A DNA stretch of 56,620 nucleotides from an uncultured Bacilli bacterium. GTDB taxonomy: Bacteria; Bacillota_I; Bacilli_A; RF39; UBA660. Numbering within the stretch: position 1 is the first letter of the stretch; every line of letters begins with the position of its first letter. The stretch is taken from contig CANQQP010000002.1 in assembly GCA_947626055.1 (NCBI GenBank), positions 1-56,620 of the forward strand, given 5' to 3'. Made by a program: the position numbers and the translations under genes. The notes below the pieces were generated by a model. That model was not told the origin of the DNA and ran no database searches. It saw nothing but the letters and a program-made list of their open reading frames with translations. Positions 16,474-25,067 of the stretch are shown here, in pieces.

Positions 16474-19083
16474 CTATTTCTTTTCTAAAATATATATGTT
16501 GTATCCTAAGATCTTAAATAATCTCTTTTTATTTTTAATATTCTTGATATTAGCAATTTTAAATTCTAAAGCTAATTTTATATTATTTAAAAATTTATTT
16601 TTGATTAATATAATATCTCCAGCCTTAGATCTTAAACAACAATATTTTAATTCCATATTAAGTTCTTTAAAGAAACTAACCGCTTCATTAAAAGTTTGTT
16701 CCATAAAATGGAAACCTTTGGCTTTATTTCCAGTAGCTATTTTTAACCTAGATATGTCACTAGGACCTACATAAGAATTAGGAATTATTAAAATAGCTAA
16801 TCCTCCTTTTTTTATCTTATCCACCATTCTTTTGCATGTCTTCTCATATTCATCATCCACAATATGTTCTAAAACATTATCAGCGTAAAATATATCAATA
16901 GAATTATTTTTTATTTTTCCTAAAGCATCATAAAGATTTTTTTCGACTAAGCATATATTATTGGCCTTTTTAGCTATCTTTTTAGCAGTAGGAGATAAAA
17001 ATACATCACACCCTTGAATCGTTAATTCCTTCCTATTAATATTTTCTAAAGCATAGCCTTTGCCTACGCCAGCCTCATAAAATAATAAATTACTTTGCTT
17101 TTGCAGTTTCTTCTTTATTAATTGATTTAACAATTCCACCGTACTATCTTTAACACCATTTCCAATTGACGAATTTTCCATTTTTTTATTTTTACAATCG
17201 GCGATTTGAAAAACTTTTTGATATGACTTTTTCGTATAATCATAACGTTCTTTCGAAAAAGGGGGAAGCTTTTTGATATTTTTAGCAAAATACGTTTCTT
17301 CTTGATAATTCAAATTATCTAATTGAGCAATTGTCATTTTCGTTAAATTAACTTCTTTATTGTTTTTAGTAGTATAAATTTGATCAAGTTCTTTAACTTC
17401 TTTAATTTCTTTAATTACGTTATTATTCTTCCGCGTCCAGCTATATATAATTTTCAAACCAAAAATAATTGCTAAAAAACTAAGCATTGATTGAATAGGA
17501 TAGACAGGGGATAAATATTGGCATTTTTCTATTGCACTTTCATATTCGGTAGCTGCTACATAACCAACTACCACTATTCTAGCTAGGTATATACATAATA
17601 ACCCGCTCAATAAATATGCCTCTTTATAATATTTAAATTTAGTTTTAGGAATTAAAAACATTATTATTATAAAAATATAAAAAGCTAAAGAAATTACAAA
17701 TATAATAAAGTTACCTTTTTGAAAAATCAACAGAATAGATTTCATTAACTTCATGTTAACTGAATTTAATTCTTGCTTCGTATAACCAATTTTATTATAG
17801 GTAAGAGTACCATAAAATTTAGTATATTCATTTATGAAATTTTTATATTCTTCTTTTACATCTGGAATTCTTACATTAACATTCTCATAATTTAATTGGG
17901 TTGTAAAAGCTTTGGGAATATCCTTAATTAACTCTTCTTTTAAATCATCTTGAAAAGGAGCTACTAAACTACTTCTTTTTGACAAACATTCAATCTTATT
18001 GCTATCACATAAAGAATTAATTTCCGAAGCTAAGCGTTCATAATATTGTTTGGTGCTTGTAGCATCAGTACAGTATCCTTGCATACATACTGCCTCTCTT
18101 ACCGCCCAGTATAAAAAGCCTTCCTGAAAATCACGATATCTTTTGCCATTCTTATAAATGTCATGACGATACTTTGCGCTATCAGATCCTTCCAAGAATC
18201 CTTGCAATTCTTTAAAACTAGGGTTTAATTCGTATAATCTGGCGCGATCGTAACTATTTAAGGGCACACGTTTTAAATAATTAGTAGGTTTAATTCGCGT
18301 CAGAGCGCCATATGCGTCTTTAAATTCTTTAGAAGTAAAGTCATTTGTTACAAACCGATCATAACATATATAATTTAATGTACTTATAGTGATTGTATAT
18401 CCTAATAAAATAAAGGTAGGAATTCCAATCAAACAAAGGATCCTTTTAACTTTATTAAGACAGGTCTTATCAAAAATAATATATAAAATTGTCACTAAAA
18501 AAGCTAATATGATATAAGGTATAATCCATAAAGTTTCCTCGCGCGTGTACCATATTGAGGCTATAGTTACCCCCAGGATTGTTTGATAAAATATTAACTT
18601 TTTCAAACTACTTTTATAATGAAAAAACATTTCAAATGTTAAAGATACTAATAGCAAAATAAAAGAAATATATATCCCATCACGATAAACATAGGATACA
18701 GCATCCGAATAAGATATAGGATTAAATAATAAAATTATATAGACTAAAAGCAGAAACACTTTATTTTTATAAATATGTTTTAACATTTTAATAAAAGCTA
18801 AACAAGCAACAAAATATAGTAATTGTGTAGCAAATAAATAGCTTATATGCAATTTATAATTAAAAGCTATAAAAATAATACCGATGATGCCTTTACTTAA
18901 AGTAATATCATTATAATTTCCTAACCAATGCCCTTTTGCTAAGCTATATGCACGACTGGCAAACATACCATCATCGTGTGCAGTATGTTTAATCATCAAA
19001 GGCTGAATATGAACCATCCAACATTTTAAAATAAATAAAACTACAAATAAGATTTCTAGCCAATGCTTCTTAATAAATTTCAT
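16474..19083 (-). CDS. GT-C-like polytopic membrane glycosyltransferase (ArnT/PMT-like) fused to a C-terminal class I SAM methyltransferase
   Basis: 869 aa. It has ~8 N-terminal TM segments with an early loop HDDGMFASRAYSLAKGHW, a ~200-aa soluble loop and further TM segments. These are followed by YEAGVGKGY (motif I), FYADNVLEHIVDDE and GGLAILIIPN. Confidence 0.6.
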   Translation of the reverse strand: MKFIKKHWLEILFVVLFILKCWMVHIQPLMIKHTAHDDGMFASRAYSLAKGHWLGNYNDITLSKGIIGIIFIAFNYKLHISYLFATQLLYFVACLAFIKMLKHIYKNKVFLLLVYIILLFNPISYSDAVSYVYRDGIYISFILLLVSLTFEMFFHYKSSLKKLIFYQTILGVTIASIWYTREETLWIIPYIILAFLVTILYIIFDKTCLNKVKRILCLIGIPTFILLGYTITISTLNYICYDRFVTNDFTSKEFKDAYGALTRIKPTNYLKRVPLNSYDRARLYELNPSFKELQGFLEGSDSAKYRHDIYKNGKRYRDFQEGFLYWAVREAVCMQGYCTDATSTKQYYERLASEINSLCDSNKIECLSKRSSLVAPFQDDLKEELIKDIPKAFTTQLNYENVNVRIPDVKEEYKNFINEYTKFYGTLTYNKIGYTKQELNSVNMKLMKSILLIFQKGNFIIFVISLAFYIFIIIMFLIPKTKFKYYKEAYLLSGLLCIYLARIVVVGYVAATEYESAIEKCQYLSPVYPIQSMLSFLAIIFGLKIIYSWTRKNNNVIKEIKEVKELDQIYTTKNNKEVNLTKMTIAQLDNLNYQEETYFAKNIKKLPPFSKERYDYTKKSYQKVFQIADCKNKKMENSSIGNGVKDSTVELLNQLIKKKLQKQSNLLFYEAGVGKGYALENINRKELTIQGCDVFLSPTAKKIAKKANNICLVEKNLYDALGKIKNNSIDIFYADNVLEHIVDDEYEKTCKRMVDKIKKGGLAILIIPNSYVGPSDISRLKIATGNKAKGFHFMEQTFNEAVSFFKELNMELKYCCLRSKAGDIILIKNKFLNNIKLALEFKIANIKNIKNKKRLFKILGYNIYILEKK

Positions 19084-19084
19084 A

Positions 19085-19768
19085 CTACTTACCTAACTCT
19101 CTAAAAATTACTTTCATATGCCTTATTCCATCTCTTATTGTATTTAAGTGTGATTTTTTTCCTCTTTTATCCTTAAAAAAATCTATGGGGATTTCTTCTA
19201 TTTTTAAGTTGGCTTTTTTTATTTTGATGAGCATTTCACTAGCAAATTCCATACCATTAGAATTAAATGTGACTTTGGAAATACTGCCTTTATTTAAACC
19301 TCTTAATCCACAATTAAAATCATTAACATTAATTTTATAAAATTTTCTTCCTAAAAAGGAAATTAAAGGTGTACCGATATATTTATGAGAAAAAGGCATA
19401 GCTCCTTTTTCCATTTGCCCTAAAAATCGATTCCCAATAACTAAATCATTCCCCTTTTTTAATTCTTGATAAAATGAATTAATATATTTAAAAGAATAAC
19501 TTGAATCACAATCACCAAATATTATGTATTTTCCTTTAGCACTTTTTATACCTGTTTTTAGAGCTGCTCCATAGCCTCTTTGTTTTTCTTTAACCACTCT
19601 AACGTTGAATTTATGAGCAATTTCAAGGGAATTATCGTTACTACCATTGTCAATTACTAAAATTTCTGATTTAACTTTAAGCTTATTTAATTCATCCTTT
19701 ATCTCTTGAATAACATTCGCTAAGGTTTTTTCTTCATTTAAACATGGTAATAAAATCGTTAATTCCAT
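19085..19768 (-). CDS. GT2-family polyprenyl-phosphate glycosyltransferase (ArnC/GtrB/DPM1-like)
   Basis: Carries LLPCLNEE, VIDNGSNDNS, GYGAALKTG and FGDCDSSY (DXD-type). The ATG at 19768 is preceded by GGGAGGA, and the ORF-track start at 19780 is a TTG inside that SD region. Confidence 0.85.
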   Translation of the reverse strand: MELTILLPCLNEEKTLANVIQEIKDELNKLKVKSEILVIDNGSNDNSLEIAHKFNVRVVKEKQRGYGAALKTGIKSAKGKYIIFGDCDSSYSFKYINSFYQELKKGNDLVIGNRFLGQMEKGAMPFSHKYIGTPLISFLGRKFYKINVNDFNCGLRGLNKGSISKVTFNSNGMEFASEMLIKIKKANLKIEEIPIDFFKDKRGKKSHLNTIRDGIRHMKVIFRELGK

Positions 19769-19781
19769 AGTTCCTCCCAAT

Positions 19782-20546
19782 TTATTTTATATTTGGATTA
19801 TATTTCTTATTTTTTTCTCTAACAGTCTGCAATAAAGAAACATCAATACCTTTTTTTTCTGCTTGATTTATAATACTTGCTAAATCTTTCGGTAAACACG
19901 ATTTGCCATAGCCTCTGTTATCCGGGTAAACAAAAGTATGATCTTTATTTATACGTGGATCTAAAGTCCATACTTCTCTTAACTTACTATAGCTAATACC
20001 CATTGCTTGAGCAATATCATAAAATTCATTACAAAAAATAACTTTCATAGCATAATAAGCGTTTTCCATATATTTAGCAAGCTCTGCCGTGGATGAATCT
20101 ATAATACAAATATCAATGCTAGCGTTGTAAACTGTTTGATATACCTTAATAGCTTTTTCAACTGCTTCATCTTCTCCGCCTAAAGTGATCCACTTTCTTT
20201 CCCTTAAATCTTTAAAAGGGTGATCAACCGTTTCACCATAATATTCAGGTTGAAACACAATACTTGATTTATGATTAGCATTCTGCTTTTGGGTATATCC
20301 AACTGGTACTGTAGAGCGAATAATAATTAATTCTGTTTTAAGCCAAGCTAAAACTTCATCAACTGCACTAACATCACAGGATCCATCTTCCTTTTGAGGA
20401 GTAGGAACACAAACAAAAGCAACATCACACTTATTGATTTCTTCCTTACTTCCTATTTCCTTATATTTATCATACACAAAGGCATCTTGAAATAATTCTT
20501 TCATAGCCATACCAACATGACCATAGCCTACAATTCCTACTTTCAT
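19782..20546 (-). CDS. UDP-glucose/GDP-mannose dehydrogenase-like protein, short form lacking the C-terminal nucleotide-sugar-binding domain
   Basis: Carries the Rossmann motif VGIVGYGHVG and a catalytic-Cys motif GYGKSCLPKD (compare GFGGSCFPKD), but ends ~30 aa after it. The ATG at 20546 is preceded by GGAGG. Confidence 0.65.
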   Translation of the reverse strand: MKVGIVGYGHVGMAMKELFQDAFVYDKYKEIGSKEEINKCDVAFVCVPTPQKEDGSCDVSAVDEVLAWLKTELIIIRSTVPVGYTQKQNANHKSSIVFQPEYYGETVDHPFKDLRERKWITLGGEDEAVEKAIKVYQTVYNASIDICIIDSSTAELAKYMENAYYAMKVIFCNEFYDIAQAMGISYSKLREVWTLDPRINKDHTFVYPDNRGYGKSCLPKDLASIINQAEKKGIDVSLLQTVREKNKKYNPNIK

Positions 20547-20600
20547 AAAATCCTCCGATTCCCTACTAATCAAGTATAACACGAAAAAACTACTTTTTGG

Positions 20601-21722
20601 CTAATTATCTTTATTTTTTCGACAAATGTTAAAAACCTCTTTTTCCCATAATGAGCAAATTTTACTCGGTTCATATTGCCTACTGGACAAAAAAGCATTT
20701 TTCGATATTTTATTACTTAAATTTTCATTATCTAACAATTCTAGCATAGCTTTAGCTAGTTTATTACTATTTTTTATTGGCACTAATAGCCCATTGTCCT
20801 CATTTTTTATTAAATACTTAGGTCCCCCACATGGGCAATTGGTCGAAACACAAGGTATCCCTAAAGCCATCGCTTCCATTAAAGCATTAGGCATTCCTTC
20901 ATAATCACTAGCTAAAACAAACATCCTCGTTTTATAAATTGCTGTTTTAATATCATCTACTTCACCCTTAAATATAACTTTATTTTCTAAATTTAAATGT
21001 TTAACATAACTTTTAAGTTCTTTTTCTAATGGACCATTTCCATAAATTAAAAGTTTTAAATGTGGATACTTTACTAAAACTTTAAGAAAAGCTTCAATTA
21101 ACAATTTCTGATTCTTCTGAGTCACTAGTCGACCAACAGTGACAATATGTTCTAATCTTTTACCACTATAAGGTTTAGATATTAAAAATTTATAATCTAA
21201 AGGATTAGGAATAACTGTTAATTTTTCTTTTTTGAAAATTTTCGCAAAATACAAGTAAGCTTCATCAGTCTGTAACACTACTTTATCGGCTTTTTGATAC
21301 AAGTGTTTCATTACTATATTAATTATTTTATTTTTATATTCCGTATTAGGGTCATTTCTTACTGATATAATAGTCGGAATTTTATTTAATTGTCCATTAA
21401 ATTTTTTGAGTAACATTAATTTTAAGGAAGGCTCCGGCAAAAAACTAATAATTATATCCGGATTAATTTTTTTTATTTTCATCTGCATTTTTATTAATTT
21501 TATAAGCGATATTTTGGCTAAAATTTTCTGAAAATTTGATATTTTGCTTACTTTGGTCACACTAAATAAACTTACACTTTCATTTATTTCATATCTTATA
21601 TCTTTTTGGCGTAACATTAAAATAGCTACTTCATTTTTATTCGAAAAATGATTAGTCAAAATTGAAATAACTCTTTGAGCTCCTCCTTTTTCTAAATCTA
21701 GACAATTAAATAATATTTTCAT
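20601..21722 (-). CDS. GT4-family glycosyltransferase
   Basis: 373 aa with GT-B/GT4 C-terminal motifs (VGRLVTQKN, SDYEGMPNALMEAMALGIPCVSTN). SD AAGGAG lies upstream. Confidence 0.85.
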   Translation of the reverse strand: MKILFNCLDLEKGGAQRVISILTNHFSNKNEVAILMLRQKDIRYEINESVSLFSVTKVSKISNFQKILAKISLIKLIKMQMKIKKINPDIIISFLPEPSLKLMLLKKFNGQLNKIPTIISVRNDPNTEYKNKIINIVMKHLYQKADKVVLQTDEAYLYFAKIFKKEKLTVIPNPLDYKFLISKPYSGKRLEHIVTVGRLVTQKNQKLLIEAFLKVLVKYPHLKLLIYGNGPLEKELKSYVKHLNLENKVIFKGEVDDIKTAIYKTRMFVLASDYEGMPNALMEAMALGIPCVSTNCPCGGPKYLIKNEDNGLLVPIKNSNKLAKAMLELLDNENLSNKISKNAFLSSRQYEPSKICSLWEKEVFNICRKNKDN

Positions 21723-21738
21723 GATGACTCCTTACCAT

Positions 21739-22839
21739 TTATTTTATATTCAAAATTTCTAACATTTTTTTGTTTATCATATTAATATCAAATTTTTGGA
21801 CACACATTTTATAACTTTCATCACCCATCTGTTGTAAATTTGTCTCTTTTATCATTAGTTCCATTTTAGCAACTAAATCTTGAATATCTCGAGCTTTAAC
21901 AAAATACCCATTCACACCATCTTTAACGGTATTTTTACACCCTGGAGTATTAGTAGTTATCATAGGGCGTCCCATTGCCGCAGCTTCAAGTAAAGTTTTG
22001 GGAGTTCCCTCACGATAATAAGTAGGTAAAACAAAGATAGTATGTTTACTGATAAAATCCGCAACTTTATTAGTTTCAGGAATATAGTTTACTATGCTTT
22101 TATCCATTACTTTTAAAAATTTTTTATAATCTTTTTTATAACACTCATCAAAAGCGCCAATAAAAGTAAAAGAACTATCGGGATATTTATTTTTAATAAT
22201 TTTGGCAGCTTCAAGATACTCTGTTATCCCTTTTTCTTCAACAATACGTGAAACCATGATAAAAGATTTGTTTTTAGGTAATTTATTTTTTTTAAAAATG
22301 CGCAAATCTACCCCTGGTCCATCAATCAAAGCTATTTTGTCTTTTTCTATTAGCTGGTTTTGAACAAAATCGTTAATATCATCTTGATTTTGAAATATAA
22401 CTCTTTGATTATATTTAAATGCTTGTTTATATGCTTTATTACAAATATTTCTAATAATCTTCATTTTTAAATTATTAACTGAATATACTTGTCCCAAACC
22501 ACATACTAAAGAATATATTTCTTTAATACCAGCTAAATGAGCAGCAATTGAACCAAAAATAACAGGTTTAATAGTATAAGAAAAAACTTTATCTGGCTTT
22601 ATCGATTTTAAAATTTTTCTTAATCTCCAAAAATATAAAAAATTATTTACCGGAGATATTGAAGTTCTATTTAATTGCAAAGTTATTATTTTTATTCCCA
22701 TTTTTTTTAAACTATCTTCACATTTATTATCTGAAACAATAGCAATAACTTGATGTCCTCTGGCCATTATATCTGAAATTAATTGTCCATGAAAATTCAA
22801 AAGTGAAGAAGTTTTAGAAGCAATAACTACTACTTTCAT
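21739..22839 (-). CDS. GT4-family glycosyltransferase
   Basis: 366 aa with VSRIVEEKG and PTYYREGTPKTLLEAAAMGRPMITTN. An ATGA overlap links it to the upstream gene. Confidence 0.85.
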   Translation of the reverse strand: MKVVVIASKTSSLLNFHGQLISDIMARGHQVIAIVSDNKCEDSLKKMGIKIITLQLNRTSISPVNNFLYFWRLRKILKSIKPDKVFSYTIKPVIFGSIAAHLAGIKEIYSLVCGLGQVYSVNNLKMKIIRNICNKAYKQAFKYNQRVIFQNQDDINDFVQNQLIEKDKIALIDGPGVDLRIFKKNKLPKNKSFIMVSRIVEEKGITEYLEAAKIIKNKYPDSSFTFIGAFDECYKKDYKKFLKVMDKSIVNYIPETNKVADFISKHTIFVLPTYYREGTPKTLLEAAAMGRPMITTNTPGCKNTVKDGVNGYFVKARDIQDLVAKMELMIKETNLQQMGDESYKMCVQKFDINMINKKMLEILNIK

Positions 22840-24107
22840 TCTTTTGCTCCTTTCGGTTTACTAGTTATAAATCCCATCAAAATGTACAAAATTGGAGCTA
22901 CCTGAATAACACTTATATTAACAAATGCTTGAATTAAATATGCGTTTATTCCATATATTAAACCAGTATTGTGAGCATTTTTCTCTTTCTTTTTTATATA
23001 GTTATAAATAACATAACCTATAAAAATTAAATAAACTATTAAAGCAGTCACACCTTCAGTTAATAACATTTGCAGATATTCATTATGAGCTTTGTCAAAG
23101 CACTCTTTTGGTGAACACAAATAAGTCCCATTATTTATACTACTAAAATTATCAATACCAATCCCCGTTTTATAATATTTAGGAACCGTTTTTAAACTTT
23201 CTTTCCATATATAAATACGATAATTTCCTGAAGAGTCATTTAAGCCATCCTCAAAAATAGAAGCTATTTCTTCTATATTTTTTCGAAATATATCATTTAT
23301 ATTTGAATTATTTACATGCTTTAACCCTAAAAATAACGCAGTAATTATAATTAAAATACACCCAATTATAATCCCCACTTTTTTATAATTAGTTTTATTA
23401 ATTTTCGTTAAACCAGAAATAATTAAAACGATGATTGATGTTAGAATACACCCCAAAGTATTACCTATAAATAATCCATAACCAAATATTAAGAATAAAA
23501 TCAAATATAAAATTTTATGATTTTGAGAATTAATCAGCATTGACCATATGTACATAAATAAAAGTAAGATAAAGGTTGAATAAAAATTAGGATTACCAAA
23601 TGTTCCACTGGCAAATCTATATGTTGCACTAAAATTATTACTACGATCATAACCAAATATATTTTTTATTTGCAAAAATTGAATTGTACCAATTAAAATT
23701 TGTAATATACCAAAGCCAATAAGAACGTACATCAATTGCTGTTGATGTTTTTTATCTATAGTAGATGCCACTAAGAAAAAACTATAATAACTAAATAAAG
23801 TTCTTAATCCTTCGTATCTTCCCATCGTTCCATTTAAAGCAATACTTTTGTCATAGGCAAAAAAATACGAAATAATTCCTAATATTAATAAAATAATAAT
23901 AAAAATATCTTTTAAGTGCAATTTATCATTATGATATACCTTATAAAATATATAGAAGTTAAAAGCGATAATACCAAATATAAATATTATTTTGGAAAAT
24001 TCTAAATAATGAATATATTCCATAGAAATCAAAGCTGTACCAACATTCATGGTTATAATTAAAATAAGTAAAAAAATAAAGGCACTTTTATTTAATATAT
24101 TACGCAT
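22836..24107 (-). CDS. O-antigen ligase/polymerase-like membrane protein (Wzy_C domain; WaaL/WsaB-like)
   Basis: It has ~10-12 TM segments and an external loop ending in the FDKAHNEYLQMLLTEGV motif typical of Wzy_C proteins. The ATG at 24107 is preferred over the TTG at 24122. Confidence 0.7.
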   Translation of the reverse strand: MRNILNKSAFIFLLILIITMNVGTALISMEYIHYLEFSKIIFIFGIIAFNFYIFYKVYHNDKLHLKDIFIIILLILGIISYFFAYDKSIALNGTMGRYEGLRTLFSYYSFFLVASTIDKKHQQQLMYVLIGFGILQILIGTIQFLQIKNIFGYDRSNNFSATYRFASGTFGNPNFYSTFILLLFMYIWSMLINSQNHKILYLILFLIFGYGLFIGNTLGCILTSIIVLIISGLTKINKTNYKKVGIIIGCILIIITALFLGLKHVNNSNINDIFRKNIEEIASIFEDGLNDSSGNYRIYIWKESLKTVPKYYKTGIGIDNFSSINNGTYLCSPKECFDKAHNEYLQMLLTEGVTALIVYLIFIGYVIYNYIKKKEKNAHNTGLIYGINAYLIQAFVNISVIQVAPILYILMGFITSKPKGAKE

Positions 24108-24173
24108 AATTAATCCTACCAATCTAATTTAATTATGACAAAAAAAGTTAAATATGACAATCCTTAAATGTTA

Positions 24174-24971
24174 TTATAAATTATTAGAAATGGCAACAAA
24201 AACTTCAATTGGAATTTCTTCAGCTCTATTAGTTAAAGACAAATTATAGTTGCTTAAAATATCGCCAATTTTATTTAAATCATAGTTTCCCAAATTGTTT
24301 TTTAAATTTTTCCTTTTTTGACGAAAAGCGTCTTTAACTATATCAAAAAATTTCTCTTCATTTAAAACCCTAAATTTATTTTTTCTTTTCTGAAATTTTA
24401 CTACAGCACTATCCACATTAGGTACTGGATTAAAGCACGCTCTAGGTACATCAAAAGTTTTTTCAATTTCATAAAAGTAATTCAAATAAATCGTTAAAGA
24501 TCCATAATTTTTAGAACCTGGTTTCGCGCAAAAGCGCTCGGCTACTTCCTTTTGTACCATTAAAAGCATTGCCTTAACATTTAAGTTAGAATCAATGATT
24601 TTTTTTATAATCGGCGTTGTAATATAATATGGTAAATTAGCAATTATATATAAATTTTCATATTTATAATCTTTAATATCTTCTTTAATATCAACTTGTA
24701 AAATATCGTTATAAATTATATTAGTTTTACTTTCTCTAATTTTTTCTAAATATGGTTTAGTTCTTTCGTCAATTTCATAACAAATTAAATTAACTTTTTT
24801 GTCTTGTATTTTTTTAGTTAAAGCTCCTTGTCCCGGGCCTATTTCTATTACTAGATCACTTTCTTTTAAGTCAATTGCATTTACTATATTGTTAAGAATT
24901 GTTTCATCTTTCAAAAAATTTTGTCCTAGGCTTTTTTTATGTTTAAAATTATCCACATCGATCACCAACAA
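24174..24971 (-). CDS. rsmA: 16S rRNA (adenine1518/1519-N6)-dimethyltransferase RsmA/KsgA
   Basis: Carries KKSLGQNFL, EIGPGQGALT and NLPYYITTPI. The exact start is uncertain because several TTG/GTG codons lie at the 5' end. Confidence 0.9.
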   Translation of the reverse strand: MLVIDVDNFKHKKSLGQNFLKDETILNNIVNAIDLKESDLVIEIGPGQGALTKKIQDKKVNLICYEIDERTKPYLEKIRESKTNIIYNDILQVDIKEDIKDYKYENLYIIANLPYYITTPIIKKIIDSNLNVKAMLLMVQKEVAERFCAKPGSKNYGSLTIYLNYFYEIEKTFDVPRACFNPVPNVDSAVVKFQKRKNKFRVLNEEKFFDIVKDAFRQKRKNLKNNLGNYDLNKIGDILSNYNLSLTNRAEEIPIEVFVAISNNL

Positions 24972-25043
24972 TATTATAAAACATAATTAATCAATTTTCT
25001 TTAGCAATTTATTTAAAATTTTCTTTGAATTATAACAAGCACT

Positions 25044-25067
25044 AAAAAAAGCTACATTTCTGTAACT
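25044..25067 (-). terminator. Rho-independent terminator of htpG
   Basis: On the minus strand, AGUUAC-AGAAAU-GUAGCU (6 bp including one G-U pair) is followed by U7, immediately after the stop at 25068-25070. Confidence 0.5.
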
